Assembly: GCF_001194135.2 (NCBI RefSeq)
Contig: NC_068984.1
Span: forward strand, 16,003,389 to 16,067,388
Origin: Octopus bimaculoides
Taxonomy: Eukaryota
DNA length: 64,000 nucleotides
Direction of reading: 5' to 3'
Below the pieces are notes generated by a model that saw nothing but the letters and a program-made list of their open reading frames with translations, was not told where the DNA came from and searched no databases. Of the stretch, positions 38,621 to 51,832 are shown one piece after another (position 1 is the first letter of the stretch; the number at the start of each line of letters is the position of its first letter). The position numbers and the translations under genes were made by a program.

Positions 38621-40513
38621 ATATATTTATATTAGGGTGGAGCAATTTTTCATGATTCGTGATGGGGGTAGTGCAGAAAAGTTGTGAATGGACATCAAAA
38701 TAACTGATGCAAAATCTTAGAACTCTGTGACAATATCATCTGCCTCCACAAATGCATCGAAAAATGGAAAAAGCAGGAAAAAAACGCCTCTACTTATTCA
38801 TTAGCTATAAAATACAGTTTCCATTGTATCTTCTTCAAGTAGCTTTTAAATGACTGTAATGAAATTTTCTAAGATATGACTTCAACATGACTTTTTCTGT
38901 GACTTCATCTTCTGCTCCTATAAGGAAAGACTGGAATGTACTGTAATTTACAACTACATGAAAAATTTTCTGAATTTGATAAGTTGCAATATTTATGATG
39001 TTTTTGCATTTTTGAGGCATTTGTGGAGGCAGAAGATGAAATCACAGAAAAAGACTTGTTGGAGTCATATTTTAGAGTAATTTCATCGCAGTCATTTAAA
39101 AACCATCTGAAGAAGATGCAATAAAAATTGTATTTTAGAGTTAATAAATTAGAAGAGGTGTTTTTTTTCCACTTTTTTTCTAATTATTACTTCCAAGGTT
39201 CTGATAGGAAACATATGTAGCCTGGATTTTTACCTGCTCCAATCCCTCAATTTGGATTTCATCATCATCATCATCATCGTTTAACGTCCGCTTTCCATGC
39301 TAGCATGGGTTGGACGATTTGACTGAGGATTGGTGAAACCGGATGGCAACACCAGGCTCCAGTCTGATTTACATATATTTATATATATATGCATACATAC
39401 GGGGGCATGTAAAAAGCACTACTCGAATGTGATCAATGCCAGGTCTGCCTGGCTGGCTCCCATGCTGGTGGCATGTAAAAAGCACCCACTACACTCTCAG
39501 AGTGGTTGGCATTAGGAAGGGCATCCAGCTGTGGAAACCATGCCAAATCAGACTGGAGCCTGGTACAGCCTTCTGGCTTGCCAGTCCTCAGTCAAACTGT
39601 CCAACCTGTGCCAGCATAGAAAGCAGACGTTAAATGATGATGATGATATATATATATATAGCGCTAACAGCACCATCAGAGTGGGATCACTGCCGGTGAC
39701 ATGTAAAAAGCACCATTTGAGCATGATTGTTACCAGCGTCACCTTACTGGCACTTGTACTGGTGGCACGTGAACAAAACATTCGAGCAAGGTCGTTGCCA
39801 GCACCACTGGACTGACTCCTGTGCAGGTGGCACGTAAAAACACCATTTGAGCGTGGCCATTGCTAGTACCGCCAGACTGGCCCTTGTGCCAGTGGTACGT
39901 AAAAGCACCCACTACACTCTCAGAGTGGTTGGCGTTAGGAAGAGCATCCAGCTGTAGAAACACTGCCAGATCAGATTGGAGCCTGGTGCAGCCATCTGGT
40001 TCGCCAGTCCTCAGTCAAATCGTCCAACCCATGCTAGCATGGAAAGCGGACATTAAACGACGACGATGATGATGATGATATATATATACATCATTTAGTA
40101 TACACTATTTACAAAAGAGTTACTAATAGCTGCATGCTTCAAAGACACAATAATTTAGCAGATTTATACATTCCATAGATCTCCAAGCAATCTTTTAGGC
40201 TAAGTGCATATCATTAGATGTATTTAAAAACCAGGACACTGGTCTATGAGAAAACACGAGAAAAAACAAGAAGGAAAAATGTGAAGAAGGTTGGTTTATT
40301 ATAGACGAGTGTAAGACTATTAAATAATATTGTGTATGCCATTTACTCACCTTTCTGCTAAACAGGAGTAGTTGTAAAAAGTTGTGTCACTATCCAACTC
40401 AGCTGTTGGTTCACCATTAACATAGAGCTGCAAAAGCAAATAAATAAATACAGAAAAGCTAAAAACTTTGGAAAATTTTAGTATTGAAGCAACTTCTTCC
40501 ACCTTCCCCGACA

Positions 40514-40573
<60 letters not shown>

Positions 40574-40698
40574 GGCAGATTGCCACCTTCTTGGTAATAA
40601 TAATAATAGTGATAATAAAATGATCAAACTTCAGCAACATAAATGAACACAACTCCACATTATTTTCCATTAAAACTAGCAAGAGTTAAATAGTCTAG

Positions 40699-40743
<45 letters not shown>

Positions 40744-43700
40744 GCAGTCTTAGCTTCAAGCTTAAATATTTTTAGCTGTATAATGAAAATCACACACGCA
40801 CCCACACATGCAAATAGAATTTTAAATGGAAAAACAGTATAAACAGTAGCAATAACATCAGCGCCATCTTCAGCAGCAGCAGCAACAACAACATTCTGAA
40901 GCAAAAAGAGAAAGAATAGATGCAATGTGTAACATAAGAGAGTGCCTCTTTTCCTGACAATATATCTAGGAAAGTTAAAGGAGAAAGATGGGAAATATTT
41001 CTGTTTCTTCATAAAAAATCATAATAAAATTGAGTAACAGAGTTGGGGTGGGAACAAGTGTTTCCTCAGAGCTCTTCTGACAGGAATGCTAGAAAGCTCT
41101 AGATAATGTGAAGCTGAATATATATATCATTAAAGTGGCATTTATTCAGCTCTTTACATTCTGAGATCAAATTTCACCAAGTTAATTTTGCCTTTTAACC
41201 TCTTGGGAGTCGATAAAATAAAGTGTCAGTCAAGCACTGAGGTTCATGTAATCAACTAATCCTACTTACCATCTATAATTGCTGGCCTTGTGCCAACATT
41301 TATGAATCATCATCATCGTCATCATCATCATCATCGTCATCATCATCATCGTCAACATCATCATCCTCATCATCATCATCATCATCATCCTCATCATCAT
41401 CATCATCATCATCATCGTTTAACATTTGCCTTCCATACTGGCATGGGTGGGATGGTTTGACAGGAGCCAGCCATGGTGAAGTCTGCAACAGGCTTCTATG
41501 TTTGTTTTGGCAGGATTTTTATAGCTGGATGTCCTTCCTAACACCAACCACCCAGTAGAGTGGACTGAGTACTTGTTCTCTCTTCCTCACCCTTTTTTTT
41601 CTTCTTTAACTTTAAATCCTCTCCTTCAAACACTCATATGTCAAAATCAACGGGAGCAACCATAATTGTTATTATTAATTAATTATTTCTCTTTTACTCT
41701 TTGTAAACCTAGTACTTATTCTATTGGTCTCTTTTCCAGAACCACTAAGTTTTGGGGACATAAACACATCAACATTGGTTGTCAAGCAATGATGGAGGTC
41801 AAACACAGACACAAAGACACACACTCATAAATATACATATATACATACATACATACATGACAAGCTTCTTTCAGTTTCTGTCTACCAAATCCCCTCACAA
41901 GTCTTTGGTTGGCCCGAGGCTATAGTAGAAGACACTTACCCAAGGTGCCAGACAGTGCGACTGAACTCAGAACCATGTAGTTGGGAAGCAAGCTTCTTGC
42001 CACACAGCAACACCTGTGCCTATTATTAATTTTTATTGTTCTTACCTGGTAAGCTGTTATTGTAACATCACCATATGTTCTAGGCTGTTGCCAACAGAGG
42101 CAAATCACTGAGGAACTGGCAGAGTCCAGTGTTATCAAGGGTGGGTCAGGTTCTCCTGGACTTATAGCATGAATAGCTTGTGCTGATGTTTCAGACTCTC
42201 CCTCTCTAGAATGACTTTCAATTGTGATTTCATATATTGATCTACAAAAAAATTATAGATTGTTATACGTAGAAGCCAAAAGGTAAGAATACATTGAACG
42301 CATGTAGGATTATATTAGATTTGTTAGAAAATCGTTTGGGTCATATATAATAGTTGTAGATATGGCTGTGTGGTAAAACAGTTGGCTTAGCTCCAAGTTG
42401 GCTGATACCTTGTGACTGAAACTGGATGTCTGGAAGTTTATCATATGAAAATGCAAAAAGACCCATCCCTGGTGATGACTGACCATGGGATTGCACTTAG
42501 AAAGTTACCTTCTGAGATACAAGTCCAGGTAAGGTTGTTTATGGAAGACCAGTAGTTGCCCATGCAGACCAGCCTCCTCTCTCCATGCGACTGATATTGT
42601 CCAAGGGAAAGGTAGATACAGCTTGGCACCAGAGACGTTGCAACTCATTTCTACAACTGAGTGAACTGTTAGCAACATGAAATAAAGTGTCTTGCTCAAG
42701 GACGCAACACACAGCCTGGTCAGGGAATCAAACTCACTACCTCATGACAACGAGCCTGATGCTGTAACTACTGAGCCATGTGCCTTCACAGGATATTCAC
42801 ATGTATTATCACCATTAGCTGCATGGGTTGGATAGAATTTATTGAGGCAGATTTTCTATAGCTGGGTGCCCTTCCTGTTGCCAACCCTCACTCATTTCCA
42901 AGTAAGGAAATATTTGTAGCATATTGGAAATGAATGATATTGATTGTATGACAGTGACAATTATTTACAGCTATCACATGCTGTCAAGGCAAAAAACACA
43001 CACAATTTACATATATATATATACACATAGATATTACCACACAGCCACTCTTATGCCTATATATATATATATATATATACGTATACACAACGGGCTTCTT
43101 TCAGTTTTCATCTACCAAATCCACTCACAAAGCTTTNNNNNNNNNNNNNNNNNNNNNNNNNNNNNNNNNNNNNNNNNNNNNNNNNNNNNNNNNNNNNNNN
43201 NNNNNNNNNNNNNNNNNNNNNNNNNNNNNNNNNNNNTGTTGTGACAAGAGGACGTGCCAAGCGATCATCTAGGTGTTAGGAGAATCAGCTGCTATTTCTA
43301 GCGTTCTTCGGGTCGGGCCAACTGCGAGGATCGGATACCGCAGGACAGACTCGTGCAAGGGAAGGAAAATGAGGGAAGCTGATTACTTCTACTCGCACGC
43401 ATACACCACATGAACTGAACGAGAAAAAGAAACCAAAACTTACTTGAGTCTGTTCACTGGGATATAACAATGTAACTTGTTGACAATAAGTGATTTGGTT
43501 ATGGTCACTTGATCATTGTGCAAAAACCACTTGATTGAAAACTCTTTGACGGCTTCTTGGGAAGAGACTGACCAGTCAATCAGAAAGTTTCCTTGTGAAT
43601 TTGTGTCTTCATTTTCTTGGAATATAGCTCTAGCAGAAGTTATTGAGGCTGAAAATATATAAGGAAAGAGAAGAAAAAAAAATAAAAAAACAAAAACAAA

Positions 43701-46700
43701 ACAAAACAATAAGCAATATATAAATACAAATAAATTTTTTAACCTGTTTGACTTGTTGAACTGTGGCTATGCTGGGGCTCTGCCTTGAAGGGTTTTTGTC
43801 AAACAGATCAACCACCCCAGCCTGATACTTATTCTCTCAGTCTCTTTTGCTGAACTGCTAAAGTATAGGGACATAAACAAACCAACATGGGTTGCTAAGT
43901 GGTAGTGATGATGAACACACACACATGCATGTCTTTCTCTCCCTCTCTCTCTCTTTCTATGTATGTAAATATACCTTTTAATTTTTTTCAGTCATTACAC
44001 CGAGGCCAAGCTGGGGCAACACTTTGAGGAATTCTAGTCGAATGAATTGACCCCAGTATTTATTTTCTTTTTGAGCTTGTTGGCCTCTTTGCCAAACCGC
44101 TAAGTTAAGGGGATGTAAACACACCAATATCGGTTGTCAGGCAATGGTAGGGTAGAAACACAGACAAAAAGACACACACATGCACACACAAAACACACAC
44201 ACGCATACGATGGGCTTCTTTCAGTTTCCATTTGTCAGATCCACTCACATGACTTTGGTGGGCCTGAGGCTTTAGTAGAAGACACTCAAGGTGCTATGCA
44301 GTGGGACTGAACCCAGAAGCATGTGCTTNNNNNNNNNNNNNNNNNNNNNNNNNNNNNNNNNNNNNNNNNNNNNNNNNNNNNNNNNNNNNNNNNNNNNNNN
44401 NNNNNNNNNNNNNNNNNNNNNNNNNNNNNNNNNNNNNNNNNNNNNNNNNNNNNNNNNNNNNNNNNNNNNNNNNNNNNNNNNNNNNNNNNNNNNNNNNNNN
44501 NNNNNNNNNNNNNNNNNNNNNNNNNNNNNNNNNNNNNNNNNNNNNNNNNNNNNNNNNNNNNNNNNNNNNNNNNNNNNNNNNNNNNNNNNNNNNNNNNNNN
44601 NNNNNNNNNNNNNNNNNNNNNNNNNNNNNNNNNNNNNNNNNNNNNNNNNNNNNNNNNNNNNNNNNNNNNTATATATATATATACACACACACAAGCGTTG
44701 GGCCTTGTGGAGGCAAAGTGGCTGAATTCCTTTTAAGCGTTGGGCCTCACAGAAGCAATGACTAAGACCTTTGGCATTATGTCATGCTTGAGAAGAAGAC
44801 CCATCAAGCTGAGCAAAATCGCAGTCATGACAGATATCAGTGTCACGTAAACACACCCTAGTGTCATGCAAATGGCACCTGTGCTGGTGGCATATAAAAA
44901 GCATCCATTAGACTCTTGGATTGGTTGGCATTAAGAAGGGCATCCAGCTGTAGAAACCATACCATATCAAACTGGAGTCAAGTGCAGCCTTACAGCGTGC
45001 CAGCTCATTCAAACTGTCCAACCCATGCCAGCATGGACGTTAAATGATGATGATGATGAGGATGACAATGGGCTTCTGCACAGTTTCTTATTTCTTTATT
45101 GCCCACAAGGGGCTGTACATAGAGGGGACAAACAAGGACAGACAAAAGGATTAAGTCAATTACATCGACCCCAGTGCACAACTGGTACTTAATTTATTGA
45201 CCCCGAAAGGATGAAAGGAAAAGTCGACCTTGGCGGAATTTGAACTCAGAACGTAACGGCAGACGAAATACCACTAAGCATTTCGCCCGACGTGCTAGCA
45301 TTTCTGCCAGCTCGCCGCTTCTGCACAGTTTCTGTCAACTAAATTCACTAATGAAGCATTGGTTTGGCCTAAACCTAGAGTAGAAGACACTTGCCCAAGG
45401 TGCCACACAGTGGGGTTGACCCCAAAACAACATGGTTACAAAGCGAGCTTCTTAACCATGCAGACATGCCTGTGTCTATAAATATACAATATTTTAAAAA
45501 CTTTAAATCTTTTATTTTAAAAGTGATTTTTTTTTTATATACAGCTCAATGGAAATTGCCATGGAGATAATAGAGGAAAAATATATTACGAAAGAAAATA
45601 ACATTTGTACATGGTTGAGATTTACATATTATGTAAATTTCTTGTAAATGTTGCTAAAGTGAAATATTATTATACCAAGAGTTATTATGATCACATTTAA
45701 AATGCATTTATTACTTTTGTTGCTAAACAAAATTCATAGTTAATGTCTTTAAAAATGGTCATATGGATGCTTTTAAAGCAATCGATTGTAAATGTAATTT
45801 TATAGGTTGTCTATATAAATATTTGAAGTGAAACAAATACTTATGGTATTATTTAAAGTGTTGATGTATGGCAGATATTTTGAACTGAGAGACAGAGATG
45901 TTCAATGAAAATTTGATTATGTTGTGAGGTGCATAACCTAGAAGAGTAATGTGATTATAAAAAAAGCAAAACAAACTGTTTTATAAATCTGCTTAGAGAC
46001 AGTCATGGCTGTGTGGTTAGAAGGCTCGTTTTGTAACCATCTGGTTCCAGGTTCAGTCTTACAATGCAGCATCTTAGGTAATTGTCATTTGCTATAGCCC
46101 TGGGCTGACCAATATCTTGTGAGTGAATTTGGTAGACAGAAACTGTGTTGAAGCCGACAGAAAAGGCGGTGAGTTGGCAGAAATGTTAGCACACCGGTTG
46201 AAATGCTTAGCGGTGTTTCGTCTGCTGTTACGTTCTGAGTTCAAATTCCGCCAAGGTCAACTTTGCCTTTCATCCTTTTGGGATCGATAAATTAAGTACC
46301 AGTTATGCACTGGGGTCGATGTAATCGACTTTAATCCCTTTGTCTGTCCTTGTTTGTCCCCTCTATGTTTAGCCCCTTGTGGTCAATAAAGAAATAAAAA
46401 AGGAAATAAGAAACTGTGTGGAAGCCCATCATATATGCAAACACACACATTCAGCTCACGATTGTAAGGTCATGAGTTCAATTCCTGGTGACACACTGTG
46501 TCTTTGAACAAGACACTTTATTTCACGTTGCTCCAGTCCACTCAAATGGCAAAAATGTGTGGTACCTGTACTTCAAAAAGGGCCAGCCTTGTCACATTCT
46601 GTGTCACGCTGAATTTCCCAGTGAACTATATAATCTGTGGAGTACTCAGCCACTTGCACGTTAATTTCATGAACAGGCTGTTCTGTTGATCAAATCAACT

Positions 46701-49700
46701 GGAACCCTCGTTGTCATGACTGATGGAGTGCCAGTATATATATACATATGTATACAGCGTCACCTTCTAGCACTTGTGCTGGTGGCACGTTAGAAAATCA
46801 TTCGAGCGAGTTTATTGCCAGTGCCGCTGGACTGGGTCCTGTGCAGGTGACACGTAAAAAACACCTTTTTGAGTATGGTCATTGCCAGTACCCTGTGACT
46901 GGCCCTCGTACCGGTGGCACGTTAAAGCACCCACTATGCTCTTGGAGTGATTGGTGTTAGGAAGGGCATCCAGCTGTAGAAACCTTGCCAGATCAGATTG
47001 GAGCCTGGTGCAGCCTTCTGGCTTGCCAGTCCTCAGTCAAATCATCCAACCCATGCTAGCATGGAAAGTGGACGTTAAACAATGATGATGATGATGATAT
47101 ATATATATGTATTTATGTGTATCTTTGCTTTTGTTACCAGTCACCACTTGACTACTTAGTTTGTTTATGTCCCCATAAATTAGCAGTTCAGCAAAATAAA
47201 CTGATAGAATAAGTAACTGACTTTAACAACAACAACAACATCAACAGCAAAAAGTACTGAGATTTATTTGTTTCACTAAAACCCTTCATGAAAGTGCCCC
47301 AGCAGGGCCACAATCCACTGACTGAAGTAAGCAAAAGATAAAGAATAAAAGATAATTTATTTTTTGAGTTGTCAAAAAAAAAAAAAAATCAAACAAACAA
47401 ATAACTGTGCTGCTACTGCTGCTGCTGCTGTTGCTGTTGACATAGTTGAAGTTACTTTAGAATAAAACAAAATCAATAATGGAATGATTGAATGTAAGTA
47501 GTTCTGAAAATAAACACAAACCTTTTGACTTTGATGGTAGCTTGATGTTAAGAGGTTCTGAAGCAGTGTAGTCAACACCATTATTCTGAGACGTTATAAG
47601 TGGCCAACATTTATTTGGTGGATTCTTTGGGTGGCACTGTCAATTCAAAAATAACTTCGTAAATAAATAATGGTTTGTAAAGACATTAATGTCCAATTAG
47701 TTTAAAGTTAATTGGATCCATTCTTTAATTGTAAGACCATTGCAATAAATGTCATGCAGTATTTCTTCTGGCTCTCCATGTTACGAGTTCAAACCCTGCC
47801 AAAATCAACTTTGCTTTCTGTCCTTTTAGGATTGGTAAAATAAAGTACCAGTCAGACACTGGGGTCAATATAATCGAGTAATCATCATCATCATCATCAT
47901 TACCACCATCATCATCACCATCATTATCAATGTTTAAACACTTTGTTGGTTGTTATTCATCATTTTTAGTTCATTACTTGTTTTCAAATCAGAGGATGCC
48001 TCAGAATACAGACCCCACCAGAAACATTCATTGGCAGATATGTGAAACATATGGTCCAGCCAGTGCAAATAGTACAGTGTAAACAGTTGAAAATAGTTCA
48101 TCTGAACATTATTCACTACTTTTTTCCCTCATCACCATAACCGAACAGCACTCCATAAGTAATTGTACTCAAAAAACAAAACAAAACAAAAAACACAGCC
48201 TTCTTAGAATAAAGTAAATAATAATTGTGAAGAAACATACAAAATAGCAAAGAATAAATAAAAAAAATGAAATAAACTAAACTCATTTCAACTTACCTTC
48301 CATTTTTTCACTTTATTATTGTTTTGGTAGCTGGACATTACAACTAGAATTACAGAATAGTTTTTACCAGGTTTGCATTTTTGTAAAGTACATTGTTTAT
48401 CTTCAGGTCTCAAAGTTGCATGAAGTGAATCATTGATGATAAGTTGATAACCAAGTAAATAACATTTTTGATATAATTCTTTGCCATTTTTATCTTTTCC
48501 AACAATTGATGTCATTCTTGGTGTTTCCCAGAAAAGATTCACAATGGGACCTTTATAACTTGAGACATAGATCTAAAATAAACAAACCAGATACCATGAT
48601 ATAAAAAGAGCAAATTAATATGAAGGCATAATTTCACTCATATTCCATATTCACTATCTGTATGACCGTGACACAAATACTATAACCACTAAGCCAAGCA
48701 TCTTCATACAATAATGTATACAGATAATAATGTTTACAAGGTGGTGCCCCAGCATGGCCTCAATCTAATGACAGAGACTTGAAACAAGTAAAAAGAGAGA
48801 ATATCAACATTTTGCCTTTAACTAATAACAAATTATAATTTTAACTATGTCTTACCTTTGGTGTTGGAATGGATATCTGTGTTGAAGCCACCAGCGGTTG
48901 AGAACAAACACAAACAGTTCTCCATTTGTTGTCACAATTATCGGCATCTAAGGAAGTTTTCAGATTAACAATGGTTTCTACAGTAATACAATACTGATAA
49001 CCTGGTGCCAAATCTTTGATTTCAAAGAAATTAGCATCTTTTGGAAGTTTTGCAAGCTGACTAATCGACAATTCTTTGTTATTACTAGCCTTTTCTTCAA
49101 CGCCAACCCACCTAACAACAATTCTTTGAATTTGGTTTGTTCCATGAACAACAGCATTTGTCCATTTAACTGTTATTGATGTAGTTGCACAGTGTGACAC
49201 TGTCAGATTCGTTGCAGGATCTGTCCCAGAAGTTCTGAAGACAAAGCTAGAATATGGCAGCCACATGGATTCTATTAAGTTCATACTTGTGCCTTCTGGA
49301 ATATACCGTAGTTTCTTCAGACGGTGATTCTTGGGAAGCAAGTCAAAATATTCATCATTTAAAGCAAAGATACGGAAAAGGTATTCACTCTTTTCAGAAA
49401 GATTTTCAAAGACTACTTCTTTGGAATCAGGTCTGAGTTGCAGAGTCTGGAGTTCTGATTCAGTAACATTATCTGCATTATTGGTTATCGGTGTCAGCTC
49501 TAAGTATAACCCTGGATAATATAAAAAAAAAAGAGATTTATATATGTATATACTTACGTATATATATATAGTGGGACTTGTGCATGTTTTAAATATTATT
49601 TCTCTAATCCTCTAAACATAATCTCTAATGGCAATTTCTGATATATTATGTCTGCATAAATGTACTTAACTCCCCTCCTTATTCTCTATGTGTTCTCTAC

Positions 49701-50279
49701 ATATTACAATTTGTTCGTTTTTTTCCGGATGTTTTTCGATGCTCGCATGGGGTAGATCAGTGGTTCTCAACCTGGGTCCATATGGCCCTTAGGGGTCCAT
49801 ATAAGATTTTGTTGTTAAAATTTATTTGCAATAAATCAGTTATACTTCTACAATATTCAAAATATTTTAACATGCTTTTTATGCAATTCCTAATAATATT
49901 TAGCTATAGAAATACAATGGGATTTTATTAAAACTTCAAATGGCTGTAGGGGTCTCGCTGAGTTAAATAGGAATCAAAAGGGCCCACAGGCCAAAAATGG
50001 TTGAGAAACACTGGGGTAGATGAATATGTTGTTTTTGCAACTGGATGTCATTCCTGTTACTAATCCTTACGTGCTTTTTTTTTTTCTCAAGTAAGAGGTA
50101 ACTTTTTCCACAGGTTTTCAAAGTTGCAAAAGCATTGGATGCTTTGCTGACAGCAGGGGAAATGACAACATCATTACTGCTTCTTACTTAGCGACTTTTA
50201 GAGAAGGGCAAATGTAAACACACACACGCACACACATACATGTATGTGTATACATATGTATATGTGTGTGTGTGTGTGA

Positions 50280-50315
<36 letters not shown>

Positions 50316-51455
50316 GTACACACACACATACATACATACACATATTTTCCAAAATTATAGTATTATATATCCATCACAGCTGATATTACCAATTGGTTTT
50401 GTGCAAAGGATGCAATTGAGTGTTAGATAACAAGCTGATTATATAACCTTACACTCATCAGAGGTAACTGATATGGAAGGGAATATGCCACCTGCTCTCT
50501 ATTGTCAGAGGTGGATTAACGCAACCGGTCAGTGGCTGCTGTAAAAAAAGTTGGTGATATGAAAAAGGGGCCAGGGGATTATGTTAGACGTTATGTCCCT
50601 TGGTTGGGTATGCTGAGAGGCCGGTAAGAGTTATCTTGAAGTGTTTGTAGGGGAAGTGGGCATTATTAACTGTGGTGCTCCTGTGGGGATAGGGGATGTG
50701 ATATGTGCTGTGGTGTCAAATTCATAATTATTTTTGGGGGTGTAGGTATATATAGCTGTGTTCATTGGTTCTGTAAAGGATAAGGTCGTGGGGGATTTTA
50801 TGTTAGCATGCAGTATGCAATGTATGTGTGTGTGGGGGCCTATATATGTGTGAGGGGTGTATATATGTGTGTATACACACCCTGAGACACACACCCTTAA
50901 ATCTAACAAAATACTCATATGCTCTGATACCTGTAATTTCCACACCATGTTCTCTTGGTGAGGTCCAGGCCAACTTGACACTGTTACAAGTCGATGACAC
51001 AACTCCAATATTTGATGGTGGGTTTGGAGGACTGGCTGTTTTTAATTTAATCTTTTCTGATTTTGTCGACAAAATAAATATTCTTTCTTCACCATTATCT
51101 GAAATGAAATACACAAATCTAAAGGTTATTATGATCAAGGCAGACAACGTTATCCATTATCGTTTAATTATATAACATTATGTGGGTGTTAATTTGTTTG
51201 TCTTAGTTGAAATTAATGGTATTGATCATATTTTTGTTGGTCAGTTGCATTCTAATAAATATTTCTACAGTCACTATGAGCTGTTAGATATAGCTGTGTG
51301 GTTAGTAAGTTTGTTTCAAAGCCATGTGTTTCTGGATATGATCCAACAGTGTCCTTTATGTCTATCATATACACTCAACAATACCTTCTTATGAGTAGAA
51401 TGTAGCAATAGAAACTGTCTAGAAACCTATTATATATATATAAATGCATACATAC

Positions 51456-51522
<67 letters not shown>

Positions 51523-51741
51523 TAAATGCAAGTTGTCTGTTTGTGTCAAGTTCCTGTCTACACCTGTTAACAAAGGCAACGCTGGTAACAATTAGGCTCA
51601 GATGGTACTATTTACAGGCCACTGGCACGGAAGCCAGACAGCTGCTCTGGCAATGAACATGCTCGACAGTGCTGTTAGTGCTCCACTGGCACGGTGCCAG
51701 TCATCGAGTATGATTCAATTACGATTTTACTTGCCCCAACA

Positions 51742-51832
<91 letters not shown>

